In this document: positions 1 through 9,042 of the stretch, in pieces | Position numbering within the stretch: the first letter of the stretch is position 1 | Layout: each line of letters opens with the position of its first letter | The notes under the pieces: model-generated | The model's database searches: none | The model's input: only the letters and a program-made list of their open reading frames with translations | What the model was told of the DNA's origin: nothing | Program-made: the position numbers and the translations under genes | Assembly: GCA_043228905.1 (NCBI GenBank) | Contig: JBHGNT010000003.1 | Span: 21,638,001 to 21,702,000, forward strand | Direction: 5' to 3' | Source of the DNA: Azolla caroliniana | Lineage: Eukaryota; Plantae; Polypodiophyta | DNA: 64,000 bases

Positions 1-948
1 GAAGAGACTGATGGAAGAGGCAGCGGCCCGACACGTAGAGGCCATCCAGTACTCGGCGTCGGCCGGAATTCGGGTCGGGGGCAGCGAGGCCCGAACAGAG
101 GGCAAAGACGGATTCTGGTCGGCAATGCTGGAAGGTCTTGCCGGCGCACGGCTAAGGAAAGATGAAATGGACCGCGCTGAGAGACGGGTCCGGGAAATAA
201 CCGGGTGGAGCGATCCGGTCGAGGAGAAGACGGGCTTCGTAGAAGCCGCCTGCCGGAACTACGAGGCTCTGGTAGAAGACAAACGAGTGGGGAAAGCCGG
301 AGCGACCGGGCCCTCACAACGGTACGAGACCCGATTCGGGCAACGACGGAACGATGCCGGCGGGTCCAGCTCGCAAGATAACCCCAGGAAGGGCGGATAC
401 CGACTGGGGACGGAGATAGAAAGGACTACGGACCTACGAAAGGTCCTAGAAGAACGGATCCTCGACAGCAAAGTGGAGCTGTCATTGCGAGAGGTGTTAG
501 GGATCGCCAAGAAGGAGTTCCACGACTCCATTGTAGACCTGGTGAAACGGAAGAGGCTGTTGACGGAGACGGAACCGGAAAGACCGGTGGAGGTGCGGAC
601 GACGCACATCGACGACATGGCGCTGGAAGATGAGTGGGTGGAGAGCCACTATTCAAGGCCGCACTGGGCCCGAGCAACCACGGAGACCCCGGTGAAGATC
701 GGAGATGTTCAGGAGCCGATGGTGGCATTGGTGGACCACGGTTCGGAAATAAACCTGATGTCAATGGACTTCTATAAGAAGGGAAAGTGGCCGATCAACA
801 CCAAGCACGGGTGGAAGATACTGGCGGCGACGCGCGCCACCGAGGAACTGCACGGGGCCTGCCCGAACGTGCGAGTCAAGATCGGCGAAGTCGAGATTGA
901 CCAGCACTTCTTCGTACAGGAGACGTCCTCACATCCGGTTATACTAGG
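1..948 (+). pseudogene. gag: Ty3/Gypsy gag C-terminus + protease fragment (family of element A), cut by the window edge and truncated at ~948
   Basis: ORF 11..1396 matches element A gag-PR (MEEAAARH...ALVDHGSEINLM...ETSSHPVILG) up to ~948, then runs into unrelated sequence. Confidence 0.9.
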
Positions 949-2117
949 CCCCGATCGAACGATCCACGACCGGATTACGCTCCACCCGTATTGGAGCATC
1001 ACGCGGTTCGGTCCCTGGTCGGGTCAATCCTTGGTCTCTACGTCGACCTTTTCACTGGCCATCTCCCACCCATCTTCGCTGGCATCGTGCCAGGACTCCT
1101 CGATACCGCCATCCATCTCCTCGGTCTTACAAGGGTATACGGGCCCGAATGCCGAGTTCTCCAGAATCGGGTCCGGGGGCTTTCGTCCGCTCCTTCCCCG
1201 TATCGTGTCGCTGGTGATTCTTGGTCTCTCGCCACCGCCTTCCTCCGCTTGGGACTCACGTGGGCACTCGGGCCCGACTGCCATCATCTCGGGAGCAAGT
1301 GTGGGAAGGCTCAAAGAATCGCCCGTCTGGTTTACGCCCTTGTCCGTAGCCACCGGCTCTTCATGGTCGGCGGTCGTCTCCTTACCGATCGCGTAAGCCC
1401 CGCCTGGGCTTGCTTCTCCGATGTCCGGGGTTTCGGGCTGACACGCCCGAAACCGCTGGTTCCAACGTTCTGATCCCGCGATCGGTATCTCGGCCTCGTC
1501 CTTGACCATTCTATCTTCGCAAGTCGAGAGGGCGTTTTGTTCCGCACCCTCTCTCGTGGTACCATCGTACCGATCTTCCGTCATCACGTGGGGCAGGTCC
1601 GTCTCCTCAGTCTCGGCTTGCGGCCTCGATCTTTCCTCTTCCTCGAGCATCGCCTCGAGAGCTGCGTACGCCTCCGCAATCCTGGCCCCAACACCGAGCC
1701 TTGCCGACTCTCTTTGCCGTTCGGCCTCTTCCCGTTGTGATGGCACGCCCTTCTCGTTGTCTAGCCGTTGGCACACCCTTCCGACCTTCGACCAGTCCTC
1801 CGTAAGCCCATTCGCTCCGTCATCGTCTTCGAGCTCCATCCCGATGGCCTCCCGTTCCGCTCGGTCGATCGACCTGATGAACAATAGGACCATGTCCGTC
1901 CCCACCAAACCTTGTTCCCGCTCTGGGAGCCGAGAAAGCCGTCGCTTGAACTCTCGGAACTCCTTCGTCGCGCCCCGGTGGGTCTTTGCCGATGCGACCC
2001 ACTGGTCGAAGTCGTGTCGTCCCCGGCTCTTCCGCCATCCTCCATATGCCTGCAGGACCGCCTCTTCAAAGGCCTCCCACGAACTATGAGCTTGTCAGAG
2101 TTCCTTTACTTCCGCAC
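949..2117 (-). pseudogene. 3' part of the gag-derived ORF of non-autonomous element N1 (capsid-like domain then acidic tail), frameshifted
   Basis: ORF 1024..1908(-) VLLFIRSIDRAEREAIGMELEDDDGANGLTEDW resembles element A gag VLLFVKSVDERDREQVGLLLETEDGLTTD. DNA at 1950-2117 aligns with N2 at 61600-61780 and resumes at 15430. Confidence 0.8.
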
Positions 2118-3500
2118 CAGACCATAGCTCCACGCACCAGTGACCCCGGTCGATGTACAGAATAAAGAAGCACCAGCACCTATACATAGCAATAAGACCC
2201 CGGAGACGGAAACAATCCTAGAGATAGTGGCGGCGCAAGCAAAAGAGCTTGCTGAATTAAGAGATGAAATGGCCGCACAGGAAGCATTACGCACCTGAGA
2301 GCGGGACTTGAAGAAAGCGGCAGAAGAAGAGCAACGAAAGACTGCTGAGAACCTCCGCGGAAAGGACATCAGGCCTACGACCGGCTGAAGGAGGAGAAAG
2401 AGAAGGCACTGCAAGAAAAGGAGAAGCTGCGACGGATGGCGGAAACAGAGATCGAAAAGCTGAAAGAAGAACTCCGTCAGCAAAAGGACCAAGAAGACCG
2501 CGCTCGCCGGCAACTCAACCAAAAGCTGAAGCAGAAAACCGATGATTTTGAGCACCTGCACTGGGACTACAAGCACCTGGATACGAAGCATAAGAAACAG
2601 CAAGAGAAGATGGCAGAGCTCCGGCAGGAGGTACATCGGGTTGAGACGATGCTAGCGGAGGAATGTGCTGAAAGAACCACATTGCTGGAGGAAGTCGCGC
2701 AAGAACGGATGGAGCTGCATAAGCAACATTATGAAGAGAAGGAAAGAGCGACGATGATCTTGCAAAGGCTACAGAACACTTATCAAACCCAACTGTCACA
2801 TTACCAGGAGCAAGAGGTGGATACGGTGGCACTCATCAAGCAGTTGAAGGACGAACCAAAGATGGGATTGGAGCGGATCCAGTTCATTGTCCAGGCATGG
2901 AGGAACAAGACCAAATGCTTGATTGACAAAAGCTCCGCACAATGGTGGGACAAATGGGCAAAGCACACAGCCGAGCTCCAGTTGCTACGGGCAGACGCGG
3001 AAAATCGGCAGAGGGAAGGCGACGACTACTACATGCTAACGAAGGAGGACTTCATTGCCGTCAGAGAGGAGTTAGCTGAAGATTTTATAACTCTAGCGGA
3101 GGAGCAGGCAGCAGTGGTCTGGCAATTGGTAGCCTAGCTAGATGATGATCGACTAGATGCTCAAATCCAATTTGAGAGCTATGAGCAGACCAAGCTACGG
3201 AGAGAAGAAGCAAAGCAGGCGGCAACTGTCAACCTCAGCGATGAGGAGCCATCACCGGAGCAAGGACCGGACGGAGACAAGGCCGGGACGAGTCAACCAG
3301 AGTCAAATCTGGCGGAGCAGCTAACAGAGGAATCACCACCACAACCGCCGGTACCGGAAGCCGAACAGACGCCCGCTCAGGAGCAACAGTCGGAGGAGCC
3401 GCAGCCACCGCAACAGCCACAACAACAACAACAACCGGATTCCGAACAACCATTGGATACCCTAGAGCAGAGTATTCTGGACATCTTGGACGAAGGCTAA
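2118..3500 (+). pseudogene. ORF-X copy 1: coiled-coil protein, conserved W..W..AEL...D.ENR..EG..YY core, P/Q/E tail ending ILDILDEG*
   Basis: ORF 2436..3137 continues in frame past TAG to TAA at 3498-3500. The upstream part has stops and a frameshift. Homologous to 4877..5320 and 59315..60400. Confidence 0.8.
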
Positions 3501-3510
3501 GGGCCGGATA

Positions 3511-3551
3511 GTGGGATTCGACGTACAAGGTACTGTCCCACGGGCGTGCCA
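3511..3551 (-). promoter_or_regulatory. tRNA-Arg primer binding site (3535-3551) with hairpin-split extension to 3511
   Basis: Plus strand reads GTGGGATTCGA-c-GTACaagGTAC-t-GTCCCACGGGCGTGCCA, i.e. a tRNA 3' half ending CCA with an inserted hairpin. Confidence 0.75.
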
Positions 3552-3553
3552 TG

Positions 3554-3934
3554 TGTTACCCGGCCGGCAAAGGAGCAGAGACTAGAATGTGAAAGGGATG
3601 GTTATTCGGAATATATTTAATTAAGTAGATTAGATTATAATTATGTAGTGAACGGACGGACCGGAATCGGTATGCCGATCCGGATCCGGACCGATTCCGA
3701 ACAGGTGCCGGTTGGCACTGTTTTGTACGCAGCACCGGTGACCTATATAAAGGCCCGGTTACAATGTATAAATTTAACGGAGAATTAATATAAGCTTCTT
3801 GTTTTGTCTTCACGTATTGATTACTATTCTGAATTAATTGTTATATCTTACGCTTGTATTGAGTGTATGCCTTATTGCTAAGTAGCTAATTAAGTCGAAG
3901 TAATCGTTGTGTCTTAAGTTATCTCGCCGTAACA
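3554..3934 (-). repeat. LTR of T1 (381 bp)
   Basis: Perfect TGTTAC/GTAACA termini; PBS on one side, AAAGGGG PPT-like tract (3935-3941, minus) on the other; CTATATAAAG near 3743. Confidence 0.75.
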
Positions 3935-4030
3935 CCCCTTTGGTGAAGTGTCTTCCAGAGACACCCTGTGTTAGGCTATTGTCCGGCCCTAAGGATTAAC
4001 ACCAGGGTAGCCACAGTCAATGCAAGCACA

Positions 4031-5533
4031 ATGGCGGATTCGGTACAGAAGAGCGAGACATCGTCGCTGGTAGATAAAAGCCTGCACCCCCAAACCAGCC
4101 ACGCTTCCACGCAAATAGTGCCGTCAATTTTCGTCACCACCAACGAAACATCTCTAACGACAGACAGGACACCGAGCCTCCAGACCAGGCACGCTTCCAC
4201 GCAAACGCCACGACCGCCTGTCGTCATGGAGAGATCTACACAAACGGACAGGGAACCCAATCCCCGGAGCCAGCAAGCTGCAACCCAGACAGGGCCTCCC
4301 CTCCGTGACTACCAAGACGAGCTCAAGTCCTAGATCACTCAAGCCGAGATAGTAGAACAAAACCACAACAACACTATTGGCCAACTACGGGAACAAGTCG
4401 CGGGCCACGAAGCTGACCTCCAGCGACGGCTTGCCGAAAGCTCGGCCGCGCTCAAAGCACAAGAAAGAGAGGTGATGAACCTTCAGGTCGCTATCACCGA
4501 GGCCAAAGAATGATTCATCAAGGAAGAAGAGAGGAATAGCCAATGGGAACGCGAGCTATTCGCAGACAACCAGGAATTACGGCGTCAACAAAAGGAATTA
4601 CAAGAACTGGCAAATGAACACATGCAAAAGTGGAGGATCTCTGAAGACCAAAGGGTGCAAATTTCCGATGCTTATCACCAGTTGCAAACAGAGGACTAGA
4701 GGACATTGCCGCTAGGGAACGACAACGGGACGCTTGGAGACAGGAAATGGACGAAACTATAGCACAGCTCACCAAACATTACAAGCAAACAATCGCGCTC
4801 GTAACTGCAAAAGCAAAGGATAACCAAGCTACTCTGGAGCTCCTCATCCGCAAATGCCAAGGCCGCAAGGGAGGAAGTGGAAGCTCACCGAGCTCGCATC
4901 GGCATGGACAATACTAGAATAAAGATCCTGATCAACAAATATCGCCAACAACTCACCAAGAAGATCGAGGAAACGCTCGACCGCGTATGGCAGGAATGGT
5001 CAGCCCAAGCCACTGAACTACACATATTTTGTGCGGATGTCGAGAACCGAAGGAAGGAGGGTCGAGGGTTCTACAAGATGGATGACACCAGCATCCAGAC
5101 CCTCCGTGAAGACTTGACCGAGGAATATCATACCTTAGCAGAATCCCACACCGCAGCAATCGAGCAACTTCTAGAGGAATTCAATGACGATCAAATGATG
5201 TTCCGTTTAGAAGCCGAAGCTTACGAGGAGGAACGCCTAGCTACCATGACTAACAGAGCTCCCACGACCAATGACAACAAACCAAAGCCAAGAAAAACCA
5301 CCACCACGGAAGCCAGATAGGAGGGACCCGCCCCTACAGACACCCACATCACAACCGAGCAACAAACTACGACCACAACCCTGCCTGAATCAGAAACAAC
5401 AGAGGGCGGCGCACTCGAAGACACAGCCATCCCGGACTCGGCAGCAAAACCCCCATCACCAACCCCACCTTCCGAGCAGCCTGACCAACCCCACGCCCCC
5501 GAGGATATCCTCGGCATATTAGAAGAGGATTAA
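4031..5533 (+). pseudogene. ORF-X copy 2 (~500 codons): TQT-repeat N-terminus, coiled coil, conserved core, T/P/E tail ending ILGILEED*
   Basis: ATG 4031 (MADSVQKSET), ORF 3968..4333, ORF 4877..5320 and TAA 5531-5533 share one frame; several internal stops and probable compensating frameshifts. Confidence 0.8.
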
Positions 5534-5614
5534 AAAGAACCCTTAAACCCCCTGGTATAAAGGGCAATTTTGTAAAATTTTGGCAAACTCCATTGTTGTC
5601 CCTCCACTTTGTGA

Positions 5615-5657
5615 ATCGTGGGTCCGATGGACAAAGTCCTGTCCCACGGGCGTACCA
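5615..5657 (-). promoter_or_regulatory. tRNA-Arg PBS (5641-5657) with hairpin-split extension
   Basis: Plus strand ATCGTGGGTCCGA-t-GGACaaaGTCC-t-GTCCCACGGGCGTACCA, 2 nt before the LTR TG. Confidence 0.75.
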
Positions 5658-6032
5658 TGTGTTGTCCACAGGCCAAAAATGTAATTACAAAATATGTAAA
5701 CTCGCCAGTAGGTAGAAAAGTAGGTGAGGAAATAGGTAGAACAAAATTAGTCGAGTTTTGAGCCCCTCACAATCAGCCGACGGCTCGGCTCTGTGTAAAG
5801 AAGAAAACTATATAAGCTGAGACCTGCATACCTCGAGAGGAGGAGATATACTTAGATTATTTAGCCGTATTAATATCCTAGCACTAAGCTCTACACAAAA
5901 CTGTTTCCGGCCGAGAGCCGTGTATTGTATTCACTGTGAGCTTTCTCATTTAATATAAATCTCGCTCTTACTGTTCCTTCATCTGTGTATTCTTCCCGTA
6001 CTCGTAAACCGAGCTACTTCTACGTCTACCGG

Positions 6033-6816
6033 TGTCATGAAGAAAACCGTCCATAGGCGGAATCGGCGCACCAAGGCGTGGGAACCGGTTCTTCACGCGC
6101 GCTCGCTCCGAGTTGTACATAGAAGCGAATTAGGAGGATAATCGGCGGGAACGGGCCCTAACACAAGTGGAGACAAAGACCGCGCGAACAGTCTTTTGGT
6201 CGCGCGCGCGAACTGTATGAGTCGGCGGCGTAACTACGCGGATGCGTGAAGAACGGAGCGGATCCCTGTCAAAAAGGGACAGGGAATAAAGCTGACATGA
6301 CGGCCTGCTCGTCGGCATATATAAGGAGCAGGAAAGAGCTGTTGCAGGGATCTCGCGCAGAGAGGACGAAGTGCTGTCGGACCGTTTCTGGACGCTTCTC
6401 TCTCTGTTTCCTTCCTTCTTGAGCTCCATAGCTTTCTGTGCAGGGTTCCGAGGAGGCTTGCGCTGTTTCGAGGAACGCCCGAGTGCTTCCGGCAGCACCT
6501 CCGACCGGCTACCCCTTGTGCGTCGAAGCGAACAGGCATCGGCATCTGTTCGCCGGCCTGTTCGGTTGTAACCAACCTGTGCCCCATCGAGGGTTGTAGT
6601 CGTGTTAGCCATAATTTTCTTAATATATATATTTAGTCATTCGCATCTGTCTGTGTCGGTGTTCGTTCGCGTTCTCCGTGCTGAAGGGCCGTGTCCCTGT
6701 GTATCCCCGGTCCTGCGTAGCCGGTTCTCTCTCTTTCTCCTCCCTCACTTGCTCTTTGGTTCGAGACCCCCGCGGTCCCGCCTCGTTTCCTCACGCACTT
6801 GCGTAATAACTCGACA
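6033..6816 (+). repeat. 5' LTR of Gypsy A
   Basis: Direct repeat of 12538-13321; TGTCATGA...TCGACA; TATATAAG near 6318. Confidence 0.97.
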
Positions 6817-6819
6817 TCT

Positions 6820-6837
6820 TGGTGAACCCGACGTGAA
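6820..6837 (+). promoter_or_regulatory. Primer binding site, tRNA-Trp
   Basis: TGGTGAACCCGACGTGAA is the complement of the plant cytosolic tRNA-Trp 3' end. The same 18-mer occurs at 15688, 32321, 40609, 44948 and 62041. Confidence 0.92.
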
Positions 6838-6859
6838 AGAGGCGGCAGAAGAGCAGAAG

Positions 6860-8986
6860 ATGAGGGGGTCGGATCTTGCAGAGGCCATGGCTTCGGCCGT
6901 GGATCGGATTGTAAATGCGCGCGAGGGCACTGGTGCCCTCGACAGAGCTATCGAGGCGGTCGTCGGCACGATCGGCCGGTTCGATGGGAGGGATGCCACG
7001 AAGTATCTGGCGTCCTACGGTGCAGAAATGCTGATGCGGGACATTCCGGAAGAAAGGCGTCTTGCCGGATTTCCCCGAGTAGCAATGCCGAGCATCCATG
7101 CGGAGGTGCTCGAGGTGCGGGCGGAGAGCCGTACCTGGGAGGAGTTCGAAGGTCGGCTCCTAGAGAAATACGGGCTGGACGACGCGCTCCGGCTTTCGAA
7201 GCGAAGGTTCATGGAATGGGTGGAGTCCCCGGGGAAGGGAAGAAACGCGTCGGCACTCCTCCGGGAGTTCGAGGAAAACTTTGCGCGCCTTTCGGCGCTC
7301 GACCGATCCATCCTGGACACGAGCCGGGTCTTGCTGTTTGTCAAGTCGGTCGACGAGCGGGATCGGGAGCAAGTGGGCCTCTTGCTGGAAACCGAAGACG
7401 GGCTCACTACCGACTCGGCGGCTGTCAAGAAAGCCTATGGCCGTTTCGACAAACGGCGAGAATGGGCGGATAACGGGGTAACCGGGCCGGGCTCGGTCGC
7501 AGCAAGGAAGCTCGAACCAGCGCCACAGGTGCGAAAGGGAGAGACCCGAGAGTGGTTGGAAACCGGTTCGGCTTCGACCGGCGAGGTCAGAGGCTCAACC
7601 GGGGGAGCGGCGCTGGAGGAATTGACGAGGGCGGTAAAGGACCTCCAAATCGCGCAAGCCCGAAGGGAAGGTGGCGAACCGGCTCGTGACCGACGGCCGG
7701 CGGCAGGAAACAGGTGCATGTGGTGTGATGAAGTCGGCCACATTCGGAAGGACTGCGGCGACTTCGCGGAGGCGCTGAGGGACAGGGTGGTGTACCTGTG
7801 GGAAGGACGGGTGCATGCCAGCGACACCCGAAGGGCCCTGAGCCAAAACGACGGGCGAGGTGGTATGAAAAGGTTGATGGAAGAGGCGGCGGCCCGACAC
7901 GCGGAAACCGTCCACTACTCGGCGTCGGCCGGCATTCGAGTCGGGGGCGGCGAGGCCCGAAGGGAAAGCAAAGCCGGATTCTGGCCGACGATGCTGGAAG
8001 GCCTTGCCGGTGCAGGGCTTAAAAGGGAGGAATCGGACCGTGCGGAGAAACGGGTACGGGAGATGACCGGGTGGAGCGACCCGGTCGAGGAAAAGACGGG
8101 CTTCGTGGAAGCCGCTTGCCGGAACTACGAGGCTCTGGTAGAAGAGAAGCGGGTGGGGAAACCCGGGACGACCGGGCCCTCACAACGATACGAGACCCGG
8201 TCCGGGCCACGACGGGACGAAGCCGGCGGGGCCGGTACGCAAGATAAACCCCAGAAGGGCGGGTACCGTCTGGGGACGGAGATAGAAAGAACCACGGACT
8301 TACGAAAGGTCCTGGAGGAACGGATCCTCGACAGCAAGGTGGAGCTGTCGTTACGGGAGCTGCTGGGAATCGCCAAGAAGGAGTTCCATGACTCCATCGT
8401 GGACTTAGTGAAACGGAAGAGGCTGTCGACGGAGACAGAACCGGAAAGACCGGTGGAAGTGCGGACGACGCACCTAGACGACATGGCGCTGGGAGACGAG
8501 TGGGCGGAAAGCCACTATTCGAGACCACACTGGGCCCGAGCGACCACGGAAACCCCGGTAAAGATCGGCGATGTCCAGGAACCGGTGATAGCTTTGGTGG
8601 ACCACGGATCGGAGATCAATTTGATGTCCATGGACTTCTATAAGAAGGGCAAATGGCCGATCAACACCAAGCACGGGTGGAAAATAAGGGCAGCAACGCG
8701 CGCCACCGAGGAACTGCACGGGGCCTGTCCGAATGTGCGAGTCAAGATCGGCGACGTCGAGATTGACCAGCACTTCTTCGTGCAGGAGACGTCTTCGCAT
8801 CCGGTCATACTGGGAGAGCCGTACATCACGGCGGCGCGAATGGAGACCAAGGTGCTGGACAATGGTTCGGCCTACGCGAGGGTCAAAAGCCAAGACGGGC
8901 GCCATTCGGTCCAGTTTCTGACGGTACGGCCGAACCACGAACGTAACCGCAACTCCCTCGGTTCCGAAAACCGAGAGGATTTTTAG
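6860..8986 (+). CDS. gag: Gag-protease polyprotein of Gypsy A
   Basis: First ATG after the PBS; GRFDGRDATKYL capsid-like start; zinc knuckle CMWCDEVGHIRKDC; protease-like ALVDHGSEINLM...VILG. Confidence 0.93.
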   Translation: MRGSDLAEAMASAVDRIVNAREGTGALDRAIEAVVGTIGRFDGRDATKYLASYGAEMLMRDIPEERRLAGFPRVAMPSIHAEVLEVRAESRTWEEFEGRLLEKYGLDDALRLSKRRFMEWVESPGKGRNASALLREFEENFARLSALDRSILDTSRVLLFVKSVDERDREQVGLLLETEDGLTTDSAAVKKAYGRFDKRREWADNGVTGPGSVAARKLEPAPQVRKGETREWLETGSASTGEVRGSTGGAALEELTRAVKDLQIAQARREGGEPARDRRPAAGNRCMWCDEVGHIRKDCGDFAEALRDRVVYLWEGRVHASDTRRALSQNDGRGGMKRLMEEAAARHAETVHYSASAGIRVGGGEARRESKAGFWPTMLEGLAGAGLKREESDRAEKRVREMTGWSDPVEEKTGFVEAACRNYEALVEEKRVGKPGTTGPSQRYETRSGPRRDEAGGAGTQDKPQKGGYRLGTEIERTTDLRKVLEERILDSKVELSLRELLGIAKKEFHDSIVDLVKRKRLSTETEPERPVEVRTTHLDDMALGDEWAESHYSRPHWARATTETPVKIGDVQEPVIALVDHGSEINLMSMDFYKKGKWPINTKHGWKIRAATRATEELHGACPNVRVKIGDVEIDQHFFVQETSSHPVILGEPYITAARMETKVLDNGSAYARVKSQDGRHSVQFLTVRPNHERNRNSLGSENREDF

Positions 8987-9042
8987 AAAGGACTGCCAAG
9001 GCGTGGGGCCGCGACAGTCCGGATGCTCCGGGAAGACCCCAC
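8977..9042 (+). promoter_or_regulatory. Predicted -1 ribosomal frameshift signal (G_GAT_TTT, 6-nt spacer, H-type pseudoknot)
   Basis: The -1 frame is open from the heptamer into pol; S1 GGACTG/CAGTCC, S2 GTGGGG/CCCCAC; conserved in B, C and E. Confidence 0.8.

Larger units (their letters stand above)
2118..3934 (-). mobile_element. T1: small LTR element with tRNA-Arg PBS and antisense coiled-coil ORF, truncated at ~2118
   Basis: 381-bp TGTTAC...GTAACA LTR; minus-strand PBS TGGCACGCCCGTGGGAC 2 nt from the LTR end; no gag or pol motifs. Confidence 0.75.

Noticed and set aside
2436-3137. ORF-X as a host myosin/SMC-like gene or a viral env
   Set aside because: It is always embedded next to an LTR and PBS, is intronless, and shows no signal peptide or transmembrane segment.
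3511-3551. tRNA gene or self-cleaving ribozyme at the T-element motif
   Set aside because: Only a 3' half ending CCA is present, 2 nt from an LTR end, which fits a minus-strand PBS. No hammerhead (CUGAnGA/GAAA), HDV or twister core was seen.
3941-3947. TGGTGAA after the T1 LTR as a plus-strand Trp PBS
   Set aside because: Only 7 nt match, it is absent after the T2 LTR, and a 17-nt Arg PBS is on the opposite side.
6130-6612. 160-aa antisense ORF present twice (also 12635-13117)
   Set aside because: It is duplicated only because it lies in the LTR; no motif and no clear conservation in the related LTR of C.
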